Positions 33,407-47,002 are shown, counted from the first letter of the stretch. The stretch is 64,000 bases of DNA from Macrostomum lignano (GCA_002269645.1 NIVC01000754.1:372001-436000), one strand, 5' to 3'. Notes: generated by a model not told the origin, from the letters alone. Made by a program: numbers and translations.

Positions 33407-36400
33407 ATGAGCAGTGCAACTATTAAAAGTCAACAATCTGCATTGGAGCAGTCGCTTCCATCGATTGAACTGCTAGCATATGCTGCATGGTTTGTCATCG
33501 TGCTGGCTAGCGTGGGCCATGCTTTCAAGACTCAGATTATTCCTGAGAGCCGTGAGTAGCTATTTCTATTTTAGCTCTGAAGCCTGTTGATTCATGCTCC
33601 GTTCTCAGATCCTCAGTTGCTGGGTCAGCCTCCCAGATCCTCAGTTGCTTGGCCAGCCTCCCAGATCCTCAGTTGCTGGGCCAGCCTCCCAGAGTGTCAG
33701 TTGCTGGGCCAGCCTCCCAGAGTGTCAGTTGCTGGGCCAGCCTCCCAGATCCTCAGTTGCTGGGCCAGCCTCCCAGAGTGTCAGTTGCTGGGCCAGCCTC
33801 CCAGAGTGTCAGTTGCTGGGCCAGCCTCCCAGATCCTCAGTTGCTGGGCCAGCCTCCCAGATCCCCAGTTGCTGGGCCAGCCTCCCAGATCCTCAGTTGC
33901 TGGGCCAGCCTCCCAGGTCCCCAGTTGCTGGGCCAGCCTCCCAGATCCCCAGTTGCTGGGCCAGCCTCCCAGATCCCCAGTTGCTGGGCAGCTGGGCCAG
34001 CCTCCCAGATCCTCAGTAGCTGGGCCAGCCTCTCCCAGATCCCCAGTTGCTGGGCCAGCCTCCCAGATCCTCAGTTGCTGGGCCAGCCTCCCAGATCCCC
34101 AGTTGCTGGGCCAGCCTCCCAGATCCTCAGTTGCTGGGCCAGCCTCCCAGAGTGTCAGTTGCTGGGCCAGCCTCCCAGAGTGTCAGTTGCTGGGCCAGCC
34201 TCCCAGAGTGTCAGTTGCTGGGCCAGCCTCCCAGATCCTCAGTTGCTGGGCCAGCCTCCCAGAGTGTCAGTTGCTAGGCCAGCCTCCCAGAGTGTCAGTT
34301 GCTGGGCCAGCCTCCCAGATCCTCAGTTGCTGGGCCAGCCTCCCAGATCCCCAGTTGCTGGGCCAGCCTCCCAGATCCTCAGTTGCTGGGCCAGCCTCCC
34401 AGGTCCCCAGTTGCTGGGCCAGCCTCCCAGATCCCCAGTTGCTGGGCCAGCCTCCCAGATCCCCAGTTGCTGGGCAGCTGGGCCAGCCTCCCAGATCCTC
34501 AGTAGCTGGGCCAGCCTCTCCCAGATCCCCAGTTGCTGGGCCAGCCTCCCAGATCCTCAGTTGCTGGGCCAGCCTTCCAGATCCTCAGTTGCTGGGCCAG
34601 CCTTCCAGATTCTCAGTTGCTGGGCCAGCCTCCCAGATCCCCAGTTGCTGGGCGAGCCTCCCAGAGTGTCAGTTGCTGGGCCAGCCTCCCGGATCCTCAG
34701 TTGCTGGGCCAGCCTCCCAGATCCCCAGTTGCTGGGCCAGCCTCCCAGATCCCCAGTTACTGCGCTGCCAGCCTCCCAGATCCCCAGTTGCTGCGCTGCC
34801 AGCCTCCCAGATCCCCAGTTACTGCGCTGCCAGCCTCCCAGATCCTCAGTTGCTGGGCCAGCCTCCCAGAACCCCAGTTGCTGGGCCAGCCTCCCAGATC
34901 CCCAGTTGCTGGGCCAGCCTCCCAGATCCCCAGTTGCTGGGCTACAGCACTCAAGATCACTGCAAGACCCGGAGACCGCATCACCTTCCAGTTCTTCGCC
35001 TGGACGCGGCAAGTCTGACGGACGGTATGTTCGGATACAAAATGGTATGAAAACAAATTCGTCATAATTTGTTCTCAAGACTTTGTTTTTTTTAAGCCCG
35101 ACTTCAATCGATTAAATCGCGCGCAATTATTGCAGGACAACACCTTTATTGACTGGAATCTCTACCTGAGTATGTTTGCTCCCATGCTGGCCTTGCTGGC
35201 CTTGCACCTGCTAATTAGCAGATTAGCGATGCGCTTCTGCAACGCCCAGGTACGAAAAAGGGTCAAAAAAGGTCATTCCAGTCGAAAGAAAAACACAATT
35301 TAGGTTTATTTTACTGAAATACTGTGATATTTCGGGTTTATGATATTTCGGGTTTATGATATTTCGGGTTTGTGTGATATTTCGGGTTTATGATATTTCG
35401 GGTTTATGATATTTCGGGTTTGTGTGATATTTCGGGTTTATGATATTTCGGGTTTATGGTATTTCGGGTTTGTGTGATATTTCGGGTTTATGATATTTCG
35501 GGTTTATGATATTTCGGGTTTATGATATTTCGGGTTTATGATATTTCGGGTTTATGATATTTCGGGTTTGTGTGATATTTCGGGTTTATGATATTTCGGG
35601 TTTATGATATTTCGGGTTTGTGTGATATTTCGGGTTTATGATATTTCGGGTTTATGATATTTCGGGTTTATGATATTTCGGGTTTGTGTGATATTTCGGG
35701 TTTATGATATTTCGGGTTTATGATATTTCGGGTTTGTGTGATATTTCGGGTTTATGATATTTCGGTTTATGATATTTCGGGTTTGTGTGATATTTCAGGT
35801 TTATGATATTTCGGGTTTATGATATTTCAGGTTTTTTTGATATTTCGGGTTTGTGATATTTCAGGTTTGTGATATTTCGGGTTTGTGATATTTCAGGTTT
35901 GTGATATTTCGGGTTTGTGATTTTTCGGATGTGTGATACTTAGGGTTTGTGATATTTCGGGTTTGTGATCTTTCGGGTTTTTGATTTTTCAGATGTGTGA
36001 TATTTCGGGTTTTTGTTATATTTCGGGTTTGTGATCTTTCAGGTTTGTGTGATATTTCGGGTTAGTGAAATTTCGGGTTTGTGATTTTTCAGATGTGTGA
36101 TATTTCGGGTTTGTGTGATATTTCGGGTTTGCGATATTTCGGGTTTGTGTGAAATTTCGGGTTTGTGATATTTCGGGTTTGTGTGATATTTCGGGTTTGT
36201 GATATTTCGGGACTCGGGTTTATGATGATATTTCGGGTTTGTGTGATATTTCGTGTTTGTGTGATATTTCGGGTTTGTGATATTTCGGGTTTGTGTGATA
36301 TTTCGGGTTTGTGATATTTCGGGTTTGTGTGATATTTCGAGTTTGTGATATTTCGGGTTTGTGTGATATTTCGGTTGTGTGATATTTCGGGTTTGTGTGA

Positions 36401-38870
36401 TATTTCGAGTTTGTGATGTTTCGGGTTTGTGTGATGTTTCGGGTTTGTGTGATATTTCGGATTTGTGATATTTCGGGTTTGTGATATTTCGGGTTTGTGA
36501 TAAATCGGGTTTGTGATGTTTCGGGTTTGTGAGATATTTTAGGTTTGTGATGTTTCGGGTTTGTGTGATATTTCGGGTTTGTGATTTTTCGGGTTTGTGA
36601 TATTTCGGGTTTGTGTGATATTTCGGGTTTGTGATGGCGACCCGTATTCACTGCACATTCAATTTCTCCACTACTTTTGTTTCGCTCAGGTGCACAGCTT
36701 ACTGTCGGCAATTTTCACCTTATTTGTCAGCTGTCAGGTGCTGTCAGCTCGCTGTACACTGCTGTATCTCTGCCTGCACCTCATCTGTATTACGACAGCC
36801 TCTCTGCTCGGCCACCTGGCTGTTTGGCTGTCCATCGGCCTGGCGTTCTGGCAGTTCAGCGGTGCCGCATTTGGCGACAACCATCAGCTGAGATCGGCAC
36901 TCCAGCTGGACTCAAGAGGCGCTCACCTGTACTACCCCGTCACTGGCTACCTGTACTGCAGGTTCCTGTCAATGGGACTGTGCCTGGCTGCTAGTCCCGC
37001 TTTCCTGTCTGACAGCAACCCTGTCAGACGGATAGTCAGATACTTACCGGTGTCTCTGCACTATGCATTCTATCTGCCCAACTTCCTCGGCGCCCCAGTG
37101 GTCACTATGGATGAGTTTCTGCGGCAGAAACAGGCCCCGAACCCCGCCGCTGTTCCAGTCCGCCAGATTTTATCTCGGCTGTTGCGCCTGTGCTTCTGGT
37201 TGGCATTTACCGTGTTCGTGCTGCACTGCTTCCATGCTGGAGCCTACCTGGAGACTCTGGGGATTAGACAGGTGAACTGGTGGTGTATTTTGCAGATCTG
37301 GTGCATCTCCATTGATTCCCAATTTATCATGTTCTTGTTTTCCCGGGGAATTCCACAAGAATCCCGATCTTAGATCCCCACAAGAATCCCGATCTTAGAT
37401 CCCCACAAGAATCCCGATCTTAGATCCCTAGAAGAATCCCGATCTTAGATCCCTAGAAGCCATCCCGATCTTAGATCCCCACAAGATCCCGATCTTGGAT
37501 CCCCACAAGATCCCGATCTTAGATCCCCAGGAAAGTCCCGATCTCAGATCCCCACAAGAATCCCGATCTCAGATCCCTATGAGAATCCTCGAAATCGAAT
37601 CGCAAAGCTTTAAATTGCTAATCTTCTATGTTCTCCCCCTACAGATCCGGCACCGCGGGCCCATAGACCCGGCGCACCTGGGCTTTGCACTGTACACCCG
37701 TGGCCAGCTGTTCCACCTGGAATACCTGCAGTACTACGGCTGGCCGGCGTTGTTCGCCAGCCTGGAGGGAGTCCAGCTGCCACACTGGCCCGCCTGCATC
37801 TGTGGCGTGGTCTCCTACAGGGAGATGTGGCGCCTCTTCGACCGCGGCTTGTTCGCTATCGTCCGCGACCACGTGTACATCCCGCTGGGGGCAGCCGGCT
37901 CAGTCTGGGCCGCCAGCTGCTCGCCACCGCAGCCTCCTTCGGCTTCATCTGCGTTTATCATGGCAACTATGACTCAGTGCAGGTCTGGATACTGCTCAAT
38001 CTGGGGCTCGTCTGCGCTGAACTGCTGGCTGTCCGACTCTACAGAACTGCGCTCAGGGAATCTTTGGTGAGAGCCACCATCAGCCTCCCAGATCCTCAGT
38101 TGCTGGGCCAGCCTCCCAGATCCCCAGTTGCTGAGCCAGTCTCCCAGATCCCCAGTTGCTGAGCCAGTCTCCCAGATCCTCAGTTGCTGGGTCAGCCTCC
38201 CAGATCCTCAGTTGCTGAGCCAGTCTCCCAGAGTGTCAGTTGCTGGGCCAGCCTCCCAGATCCTCAATTGCTGGGCCAGCCTCCCAGATCCTCCGTTGCT
38301 GGGCCAGCCTCCCAGAGTGTCAGTTGCTGGGATTAATCAAATATTGCCGTCACCCTCATCCCGCTCTTCAGCTCCAATGGCTCAGCCCGGCGTGTCTCCG
38401 CCGTCTGGTGGCGGCTTTCGCGGCGGCAAACCTCATTCCGCCTTCGATGGGGATTTTCTTTTTATTCTACGGCACCCCAATTGGGTGGCTGGTGATGAGG
38501 GAGATGCTGTGGCTGCCGCTGACAGGACAAGGTGAGTCCGGTTTGAGTCAGGCGGATAAGTAGTCGATTTGTCGGGTCGAAATGCGACTCAAACAACTGG
38601 GGTCAATTCGGGTCAAGCTACAAATACATATGTACTTTGATATGTTTGGGACTGATTTAGATCGGGTCAAAGTACTGCAATAAAGGTCAAGTCAGTCAGT
38701 CCGGGTGAATTATCATTTGAGATTACTAACCCAGAGCATTCTGCATTGAAATCAACAAACTTTCAGGCTCCATCAAGGGATTCCTGGTGCTTTATTCCGG
38801 CTTCTACTGCACTGTTCAGCTGGCTTTTGAGTACAAACGGAGGCGAAGCCAAGCTTTGAACAAAGACTAG
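33407..38870 (+). CDS. HHAT: Hedgehog acyltransferase-like MBOAT (HHAT/HHATL/Gup1 family)
   Basis: Exons 33407-33551, 34948-35012, 35136-35249, 36690-37271, ~37645-38065, ~38370-38531, 38767-38870. Motifs LPSIELLAY, QDNTFIDW, YAFYLPNFLGAPVVTMDEF, YREMWRLFDRGL...HVYIPLG and FICVYHG (MBOAT catalytic His). One apparent 1-nt deletion at ~37908. Confidence 0.82.
33600..34942. repeat. 28-bp satellite (ccagcctcccagatcc(t/c)cagttgctggg)
   Basis: About 48 units in HHAT intron 1; the same family occurs at 38075-38330 and, inverted, at 47670-48130. Confidence 0.96.
35325..36632. repeat. ~16-18-bp minisatellite (gatatttcgggttt(at/gt/gtgt))
   Basis: 1.3-kb array in an HHAT intron. Confidence 0.96.
37360..37580. 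repeat. Intronic minisatellite (cccacaagaatcccgatcttagatc)
   Basis: About 9 units. Confidence 0.85.
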
Positions 38871-38974
38871 TCGAACAATAAAGACTATTGTTTGTTACAA
38901 TTGCTTATGTAACATCTACTAGATGGTAGATGCTCGAACAAAGACTACAAATAGCTGTTGATGCAGAACACAGA

Positions 38975-39300
38975 CTATAAATAGCTGAGGATCCAGACTA
39001 AATACTATAAATAGCTGAGCATCCAGAACAAAGACTATAAATAGCTGAGGATCCAGAACAAAGACTATAAATAGCTGAGGATCCAGAACAAAGACTATAA
39101 ATAGCTGAGGATCCAGAACAAAGACTATAAATAGCTGAGGATCCAGAACAAAGACTATAAATAGCTGAGGATCCAGAACAAAGACTAAATAGCTGAGGAT
39201 CTAGGACAAAGACTATAAGTAGCCGAGGATTAAGAACAAAGACTATACATAGCTGAGGATCCAGGACAGACTATAAATAGCTGGGGATTCAGAACAAAGA
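38975..39300. repeat. 30-bp minisatellite (atagctgaggatccagaacaaagactataa)
   Basis: About 11 units downstream of HHAT. Confidence 0.9.
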
Positions 39301-39744
39301 CTTAGTGCAGTACGTTAGCAGTTTACACACAAGGTTTTACCCTGACTTGCATGTTATAACTTCATTTAGTCTAATTATATTTAAACTTTCTTCCTATCAA
39401 CATTGACTGCACTGCATGTGAGTTTTGCAATTTTTGCAATTGCAAAAATTACTTCCTCGAATAAAGTACATTGTAAGCATAACTGTTTGTACGAGTATAT
39501 TTAATTTCGATATAAGTCGCGTGAATGCTGGCGTGAATTTTTCTAGTTTAATAAATATAATGTCAATGTCAATAAGACAATTTTCAAACAAAGATCTGTT
39601 AGTTTTGTTAACTGCTAAATTGCATTATAATTGCACAAGTTAGTCACAGTAAATGTAAACATTTTTATTTATGACATCGAGACACTAATTGACAAAATAA
39701 CCATAGAAAAAAGTATTGAATTATACAAAAGCAAAGTGCTTTCA

Positions 39745-40312
39745 TGACTTCTAGGGATCAGGGGTCATGACCTCATGATTCTAGGGATCAGGGGTCATGA
39801 CCTCATGATTCTAGGGATCTGGGGTCATGACCTCATGATTCTAGGGATCGGGGGTCATGACCTCATGATTCTAGGGATTAGGGGTCATGACCTCATGATT
39901 CTAGGGATTAGGGGTCATGACCTCATGATTCTAGGGATCAGGGGTCATGACCTCATGATTCTAGGGATTAGGGGTCATGACCTCATGATTCTAGGGATTA
40001 GGGGTCATGACCTCATGATTCTAGGGATCAGGGGTCATGACCTCATGATTCTAGGGATCAGGGGTCATGACCTCATGATTCTAGTGATCGGGGGTCATGA
40101 CCTCATGATTTTAGGGATCAGGGGTCATGGCCTCATGATTCTAGTGATCGGGGGTCATGACCTCATGATTCTAGGGATCGGGGGTCATGACTCATGATTC
40201 TAGGGATCTAGGGTCATGACCTCATGATTCTAGGGATCAGGGGCCATGACTCATGATTCTAGGGATCGGGGGTCATGACCTCATGATTCTAGGGATCAGG
40301 GGTCATGACCCG
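39745..40312. repeat. 30-bp minisatellite containing the palindrome GGTCATGACC
   Basis: Unit gattctagggatcaggggtcatgacctcat, about 19 copies. Confidence 0.95.
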
Positions 40313-40369
40313 TGGGTCCAGAGTCCACAGATCACGAACTACAAAACAGGCAGAACGTCAAATCCAGTC

Positions 40370-43300
40370 TCAAGACTTGAGCACCTTGATGAAAGCGTCG
40401 CGAGGAATTTCAACGTTGCCAACCATTCTTAGGCGTCGCTTGCCTTCGCGTTGAGCGGCCAGAAGCTTCTGTCGCCTAGTCCTGTCCGTGCCGCTTTTCT
40501 GCATCAAAATAATTGCAGCAACGCGTGAAAATGCAGGCCCTCTTATCTTAGATGTCTGATAGTACCCCTCTGAGCGATTTGATTGGCTGCGGCCATGCCT
40601 GTCTGTCTTGTCTGCCCCAAACCCCTCTGAGCGATTTGATTGGCTGCGGCCAAAACTCTATTTGGGTATTTCTGTCTTGGCTGACCCGAACCCTTCTGAG
40701 CGATTTGATTGGCTGCAGCCAAAACTCTATTTGGGTATGTCTGTCTTGGCTGAACCCGAACCCTTCTGAGCGATTTGATTGGCTGCGGCCGATTGTTACA
40801 ACAGATTTAAGCATTATCTGGATTTGGAACTCACAATTTTTTGCACAACATCCTTTCTGAACGGCTTGATCTGACTGCTTGCCACCACCTTGTTGTTGCC
40901 AGCTTTAATTTGCACTTTGATTAGAAACTGCTGTCGAGGCAACTCCTCGGCCAGCTTAGTTGCCATGACAACAGCCCTCTGCCTGGCCCTATCAGCCGGG
41001 ATCATCAGCGTGAGCTCGTCCACCGGTCGGTCATTCAGATGAGGCACCAGCTTCACCAGCTGGCAGCTCTGCCAGCCGGCCTCCTCGTAGTGGAAGCTGG
41101 CATAGCCGGAACTGCGAGTTTTCAGCACGTCCACCAGGTCGATGACGATCTCGCTGAGCGGCAGGCGGGCCTCCAACAGGATGCGATCGGAATCGATGTA
41201 GGACTGGCTTAGGATGCTGCCGCGGCGCTCCTGGATTCGGGATGTGGGTCGGTGAGGATTGGAGTGGGTTGGAGAGGATTGGAGCGAGTTGGTGAGGATT
41301 GGAGTGGGTTGGAGAGGATTGGAGCGGGCTGGAAAGGATTCGAACGAGTTGGAGGATTGGAGCGAGTTGGAGAGGATTGGAGCGGGCTGGAGAGGATTCG
41401 AGTGCATCGCAGCGCAGCACATGTGCAGCTGGTGGCCAGCGCACTCACCAGCATGAGCTGAGCTACAGCATCCAGATACTTGGCCGGGGTGATGACGGTC
41501 GCCCTACACAACGGCTCAAAGTGCTCGGCCACCTCCGAGTCTGGCGGCATCACGGATGGGCTGGTGACATCAACAATGCTGCCAGAGTGCAGCTGCACTC
41601 GGTAGGGAATCGAGGGCGCGGTCAGGATGACGTCAGCGTTGTACTCCTCCTCCAGGCGCTGCCGGAAGACGTCCATGTGCAGCAGGCCGAGGAAGCCAAG
41701 CCGCCAGCCGCGCCCCAAAGCCGGATTCGAGTCCGGGGCCACCGACACGGATGCGTCGTTGAGGGTGAGCTTGGACAGGGACGCCTCGAGGCTGTCGATG
41801 TCCTCTTGGGACACGGGGAACAGGCCGCAGAACACCATGGGCTGGGCAGGCTGGAGGGGTCAATTAGGTTGGGAGGTATCCGGGCATGACAAAAACTCGA
41901 GCTCCCTAGCAATCCGTCTCTATTTCCTGAAGATCCGCCCCTAGATTTCTACCAAATCCACCCCTAGATTACCTGAAAATCCGTCCGTAGATTACCAGAA
42001 AATCCAAACTAGATTCTCCGAAATCAGCCCCTAGATTCCCTGAAAATCCGCCCCTAGATTCCCTGAAAATCCGCCCCTAGATTCCCTGAAAATCGCCCCT
42101 AGATTCACTGAAAATCCGCCCCTAGATTCCCTGAAAATCCGCCCCTAGATTCACTGAAAATCCGCCCCTAGATTCCCTGAAAATCCGCCCCTAGATTCAC
42201 TGAAAATCCGCCCCTAGATTCCCCGAAAATCCGCCCCTAGATTCCCCGAAAATCCGCCTCTAGATTCACTGAAAATCCGCCCCTAGATTCCCCGAAAATC
42301 CGCCCCTAGATTCCCCGAAAATCCGCCCCTAGATTCACTGAAAATCCGCCCCTAGATTCCCCGAAAATCCGCCCCTAGATTCCCCGAAAATCCGCCCCTA
42401 GATTCCCTGAAAATCGCCCCTAGATTCCCCGAAAATCCGCCCCTAGATTCCCCGAAAATCCGCCCCTAGATTCCCCGAAAATCCGCCCCTAGATTCCCCG
42501 AAAATCCGCCCTAGATTTCCAAAACATCCGCCCCTAGATTCCTCTAAAATCCGTCCTAAGATTTACTAAAACCCGCCCAGATTCCCCAAAACCTCTCACC
42601 TGAAACGGTGTCAACGGCTCGTCTTTGGAATTTTCATCACTCGAACCGCCCCCGCCTACAACAGTATCGCCAACCAGAGCCTCTCTGGTGCTGCGCATAC
42701 TACTAATTAAGTAGCCAACCAGGCCGCAACTTAGCGAGTCGATGGGCTGCGGCTCGGGCCTGAACACGCCGACCTCTTTAACCGTGTGAGCAATTTTGGG
42801 TTGATGCAAGCTGCGAAATTCGTCACCAGGTTTTAGGAGGCCGGATTTGGCCGCCACAAGACAGACGGCGCCTTTGTAGGGCTCGAACCAGGAGTCAACG
42901 ATTAGGCCTTTGAAGCTGGACGAGCGGTGGTCGGCTTGATCAGCAGTGGAGGGCGGTGGTATTCGGTGAACAATGGCTTCCAGTAGCTGGTCAATGTTGA
43001 TGGCCTTTTTGGCTGACACCTCAATTACCTGGGAGGAGGGGTTAGGCGAGGGAGATGGTAGATAAGGGTGAGGGAGATGGTAGATAAGGAAGTGAGGTAG
43101 ATAACGGAATGAGGTAGATAAGGGAGTGAGGGAGATAACGGAATGAGGTAGATAAGGGAGTGAGGGAGATAACGGAATGAGGTAGATAAGGGAGTGAGGG
43201 AGATAAGGGAGTGAGGTAGATAAGGGATTGAGGTAGATAAGGGATTGAGGTAGATAAGGGAGTGAGGTAGATAAGGGATTGAGGTAGATAAGGGATTAAG

Positions 43301-43963
43301 GCAGATAAGGGATTGAGGTAGATAAGGGAGTGGGGTAGATAAGGGAGTGAGGGAGATAAGGGAGTGAGGTAGATAAGGGATTGAGGTAGATAAGGGATTG
43401 AGGTAGATAAGGGAGTGAGGTAGATAAGGGAGTGAGGTAGATAAGGGAGTGAGGTAGATAAGGGAGTGAGGTAGATAAGAACAAGAAATGGTGCAGGCAA
43501 TTCTCACCTGGTCAGGCTCAATGCCGAACAAACTCTGGAGCTGTTTTTTCACCTCATCCGGTTTGGCATTGGGCAGGTCGATCTTGTTAATCACAGGTAT
43601 GATCGGCAGCTCGGCCGTGAAGGCCAGGAAATAGTTGGCGATGGTCTGCGCCTGAACACCATCGTTGGCGTCAACCAGCAGCACGACGCCGTCCGAAGCG
43701 GCCACCGAACGGTGCACTTCGTGGCTGAAATCCACGTGACCCGGCGTGTCCACCAGGTTGAGCAGGTAGGTGGACCCAGTGCTGGGGGACTGGTAGAACA
43801 AGGCGACCGTCTGTGCCTTGATGGTGATGCCGCGGTCGCGCTCGATTTTCAGCCGGTCCAGCACCTGCTGGTTCTGGGGACCGGCCTGGATGGCGCCTGG
43901 GGGCAGGGTTGGGATGCTGGATGACAGACAGACAGACAGACAGACGGACAGACAGACAGGCAC

Positions 43964-44006
<43 letters not shown>

Positions 44007-44137
44007 CACAGCTCACCAGTGCACTCCAGCAGTCTATCAGAGAGTGTACTCTTCCCGTGGTCCACATGAGCAATGATGCTGAAGTTGCGAATCAAGCTGG
44101 TGTCGAACTTGCTGAGGTCAAGCGGTGCGGGCTGCAA
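40370..44137 (-). CDS. GUF1: Translation factor GUF1 (mitochondrial EF-4/LepA)
   Basis: [70 protein letters not shown]-terminal [24 protein letters not shown] (stop 40370-40372). Multi-exon; 5'-most exons not resolved. Confidence 0.95.
41935..42580. repeat. ~23-bp minisatellite (ccgcccctagattcc(c/t)gaaaat)
   Basis: Array in a GUF1 intron. Confidence 0.95.
43045..43480. repeat. ~20-bp purine-rich minisatellite (gaggtagataagggagt/att)
   Basis: Array in a GUF1 intron. Confidence 0.9.
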
Positions 44138-44881
44138 GGTGTTAATGAAATGCTGAATAGAATTAATTATAAAATCTATTTTTAGAACTCGATGGTCAGA
44201 ACTAAGCAGAGCGCAGGTCTCACTTTGCTAGCAGGCTTTGAGAACAGTCGATGCAGAGGTTTAAAAGCGAATTGCAGGGATCTGAAAGCAGACAATAACA
44301 GGCCAAGTCAATATTGAACAACCTACATACCTGCAGATGAAACTATTTTTAAGTTTACACTGTAAATTCTTACCGCAATAACCTTTCACACCTGCCGCAT
44401 AGATGAATCATAAGTATTGAGTAGGAAACGCAGGCTGCAATGGGTGCATTGTTGAGGTTACTCGTTGTTTGATTTTTAGTAAATGATTTCCAATCTTATT
44501 GCCGAGAGAAAAAAACAAAGAAAAAAGAAAATTGAAAAAATATTTTTACTCTTATGAGTGCATCACAAGTTTAATAAACAGAAAGGGCTAATTTACAACA
44601 GACTTTACAGAGTAGGAATACAAAGTTACAATTAGTTAGATGCCATTGCATCTTTGCATCAATCAATTGATCAACAAATCAGATCTAATCAATCAATTGA
44701 TCAATCAAGCTTTATTTCATCAATCAATCAATCAATCAATTGATCAACAAAGTTTGATTTGATCAACAAAGTTTGATTTCATCAATCAATCAATCAATCA
44801 ATTGATCATAAAATCATTCAATTCAGATTCATCAATCACACCTGGAGCAACGCACCAATGCAAACCGGTGGTCACACAAAG

Positions 44882-46390
44882 TTATTTCTTGGTCTCCTCC
44901 TTCGCCGTGGCCTCGGCCTTGAGCTGACTCAGCACTCCCCTAATAAAATCCCCAGCCTCTCCGAGCTTGGTCGCGTCGATCCCAGTCTCGTATCCGTTGC
45001 TGTGCAGCATAGCAACCACCGCCTCCGTGGCAACATTGCCCGATGCGCCAGGCCCGGCGTACGGACAGCCGCCCAGGCCGGCCACCGAAGCGTCGATGGT
45101 CCTGAGTTCGAATCTGAGCGCGGCGGAAATATTCGCCAAAGCCTGACCGTTGGTGTTGTGACAGTGAGCGGCCAGGTGGGTGGGGCGCAGGCCGGAGTTC
45201 AGCAGACTCTCGAGCAGGCGGCTCATCGTGTCCGGCGTGCCGACTCCGATGGTGTCGCCGAGGGAGACCTCGTAGCAGCCGAGCTCGAGGAGGCGGTGGG
45301 CCACGGAGGTGACCGCCGAGTGGCTGACCTTGCCCTGGTAGGGGCAGCCGAGGACGCAGGAGACATAGCCGCGGAGCGGCACCCTTGTGTATGTGGGGGC
45401 GGGGCAGGTGAGGCAGTTGCTAGGGAGGTTCTGTTAGTTACTTTTTAAGTCACCACCGCAAGTCGCAAGCAAAGTGTCTGGTCAGGAGTTCTGTTCTCAG
45501 GGGATGTTTACTCAGGAGAGAGGAATGTGCTCAGGACTGCGGAGTGTGCTCAGGAGTAAGGGGTTTTCTCAGGAGTGTGCTCAGAAGCGAGATGTGTGCT
45601 CAGAAGTGTGCTCAGGAGTGTGCTCAGAAGCGAGATGTGTGCTCAGAAGCGAGATGTGTGCTCAGAAGCGAGATGCGTGCTCAGAAGCGAGATGTGTGCT
45701 CAGAAGCGAGATGTGTGCTCAGAAGCGAGATGTGTGCTCAGAAGCGAGATGTGTGCTCAGAAGCGAGATGTGTGCTCAGAAGCGAGATGCGTGCTCAGAA
45801 GCGAGATGTGTGCTCAGGAGTAAGGGCTTTTTTCAGTAGTGTGCTCAGGATTGAGTGTGCTCAGGAGTGAGGAGTGTGCTCAGAAGTGTACTCAGGAGTG
45901 AGGAGTGTGTTCAGAACTGTGCTCAGGAGTGAGGAGTGTGCTCAGGAGCCGACACTCACTTGGCCTTCAAAGCAGCCTCGGCCACGGGCTTGAACCGCCG
46001 CAGGCTCTCCTCAACATCGCAGTTGACGTTGCGCCTAGAGAAAGCCTCAGACGCGGCGCCAAAGACGGCCACCTCGTCGGCGCCGGCAGCCAGGGCGGCT
46101 TCGAAGCCGCGCAGATTCGGGGTCAGGGCGGCGTACACCACGCCGGGTTTCTTGGAAATGCCGCCCAGCACCGCGTCGCTGCTGGCCATCTGCGGCACCC
46201 ACTTGCCCGACACGAAGCTGCCGGCCTCGATTTTTGTCAGGCCACTGGCCGACAGCAGGTCCACCAGGCGGATTTTGGCCGCCAGCGGCACCGGCTGCTT
46301 CTCGTTCTGCAGCCCGTCGCGGGGCCCCACCTCGTACACTGTGACCCTGCCACGGCCCCTGGCCTGCCCGCTTAGCAACCGGCGAAGCAT
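44882..46390 (-). CDS. HMGCL: Hydroxymethylglutaryl-CoA lyase, mitochondrial
   Basis: Exons 46390-45960 and 45383-44882 (phase 2). EVGPRDGLQNE, GSFVSGKWVPQMA, SLGDTIGVGTP, AAHCHNTNGQA, SVAGLGGCPYA, GNVATE motifs; Arg-rich MLRRLLS leader. Confidence 0.95.
45480..45950. repeat. 20-bp minisatellite (gtgctcagaagcgagatgtg)
   Basis: Fills the HMGCL intron. Confidence 0.92.
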
Positions 46391-46449
46391 GGATGGGGCT
46401 TCGGGGAGGGCAAACTGGCTGATGCGGCTGACTGGATGCTGCGGGTTGA

Positions 46450-46682
46450 ATAGATAGATAGATTAGATAGATAGATAGATAGATAGATGGATGGATGGAT
46501 AGATAGATAGATAGATATATGGATAGATAGATAGATGGATATATAAGATAAATGGATAGATAGATAGATGGATGGATAGATAGATAGATGGATAGGTAGA
46601 CAGACAGATAGATAGATAGCTAGATAGATAGCTAGATAGATAGATGGATAGATAGACAGATAGAAAGATAGACAGATAGCAA
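46450..46682. repeat. (GATA)n microsatellite
   Basis: Direct inspection. Confidence 0.95.
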
Positions 46683-47002
46683 GTCTTGGCCAAAAGAAAA
46701 AAGCAATAAGCAGCACTCATTGATAATAAATGCGTCTGTTAAAGAACAATTTTACGAATTTCACAATAGATGCGTCATATTTTGATATTTATTTGGTACA
46801 TATCATCAATAAATATTGAACTATTATCCAGTGTAAACTGTATAAATATGCTGACACGAGCTAAAAGTAAATCAAATAACTGATCTGCAGTCATCGGGAA
46901 GGATAGAAGGACTTGAAACAGTCACGCCCAAACCGTTGAACCCTGAGTACAGGGTGCACATCGGCCCCGACTTTCTTATCTCCAGCTGAGCACACAACTC
47001 AG

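Noticed and set aside
31043-34942. Numerous 60-490 aa ORFs in the 21-bp, CT-rich and 28-bp arrays
   Set aside because: Translations of non-coding satellites: open in several frames, unit lengths mostly not multiples of 3, intronic or intergenic.
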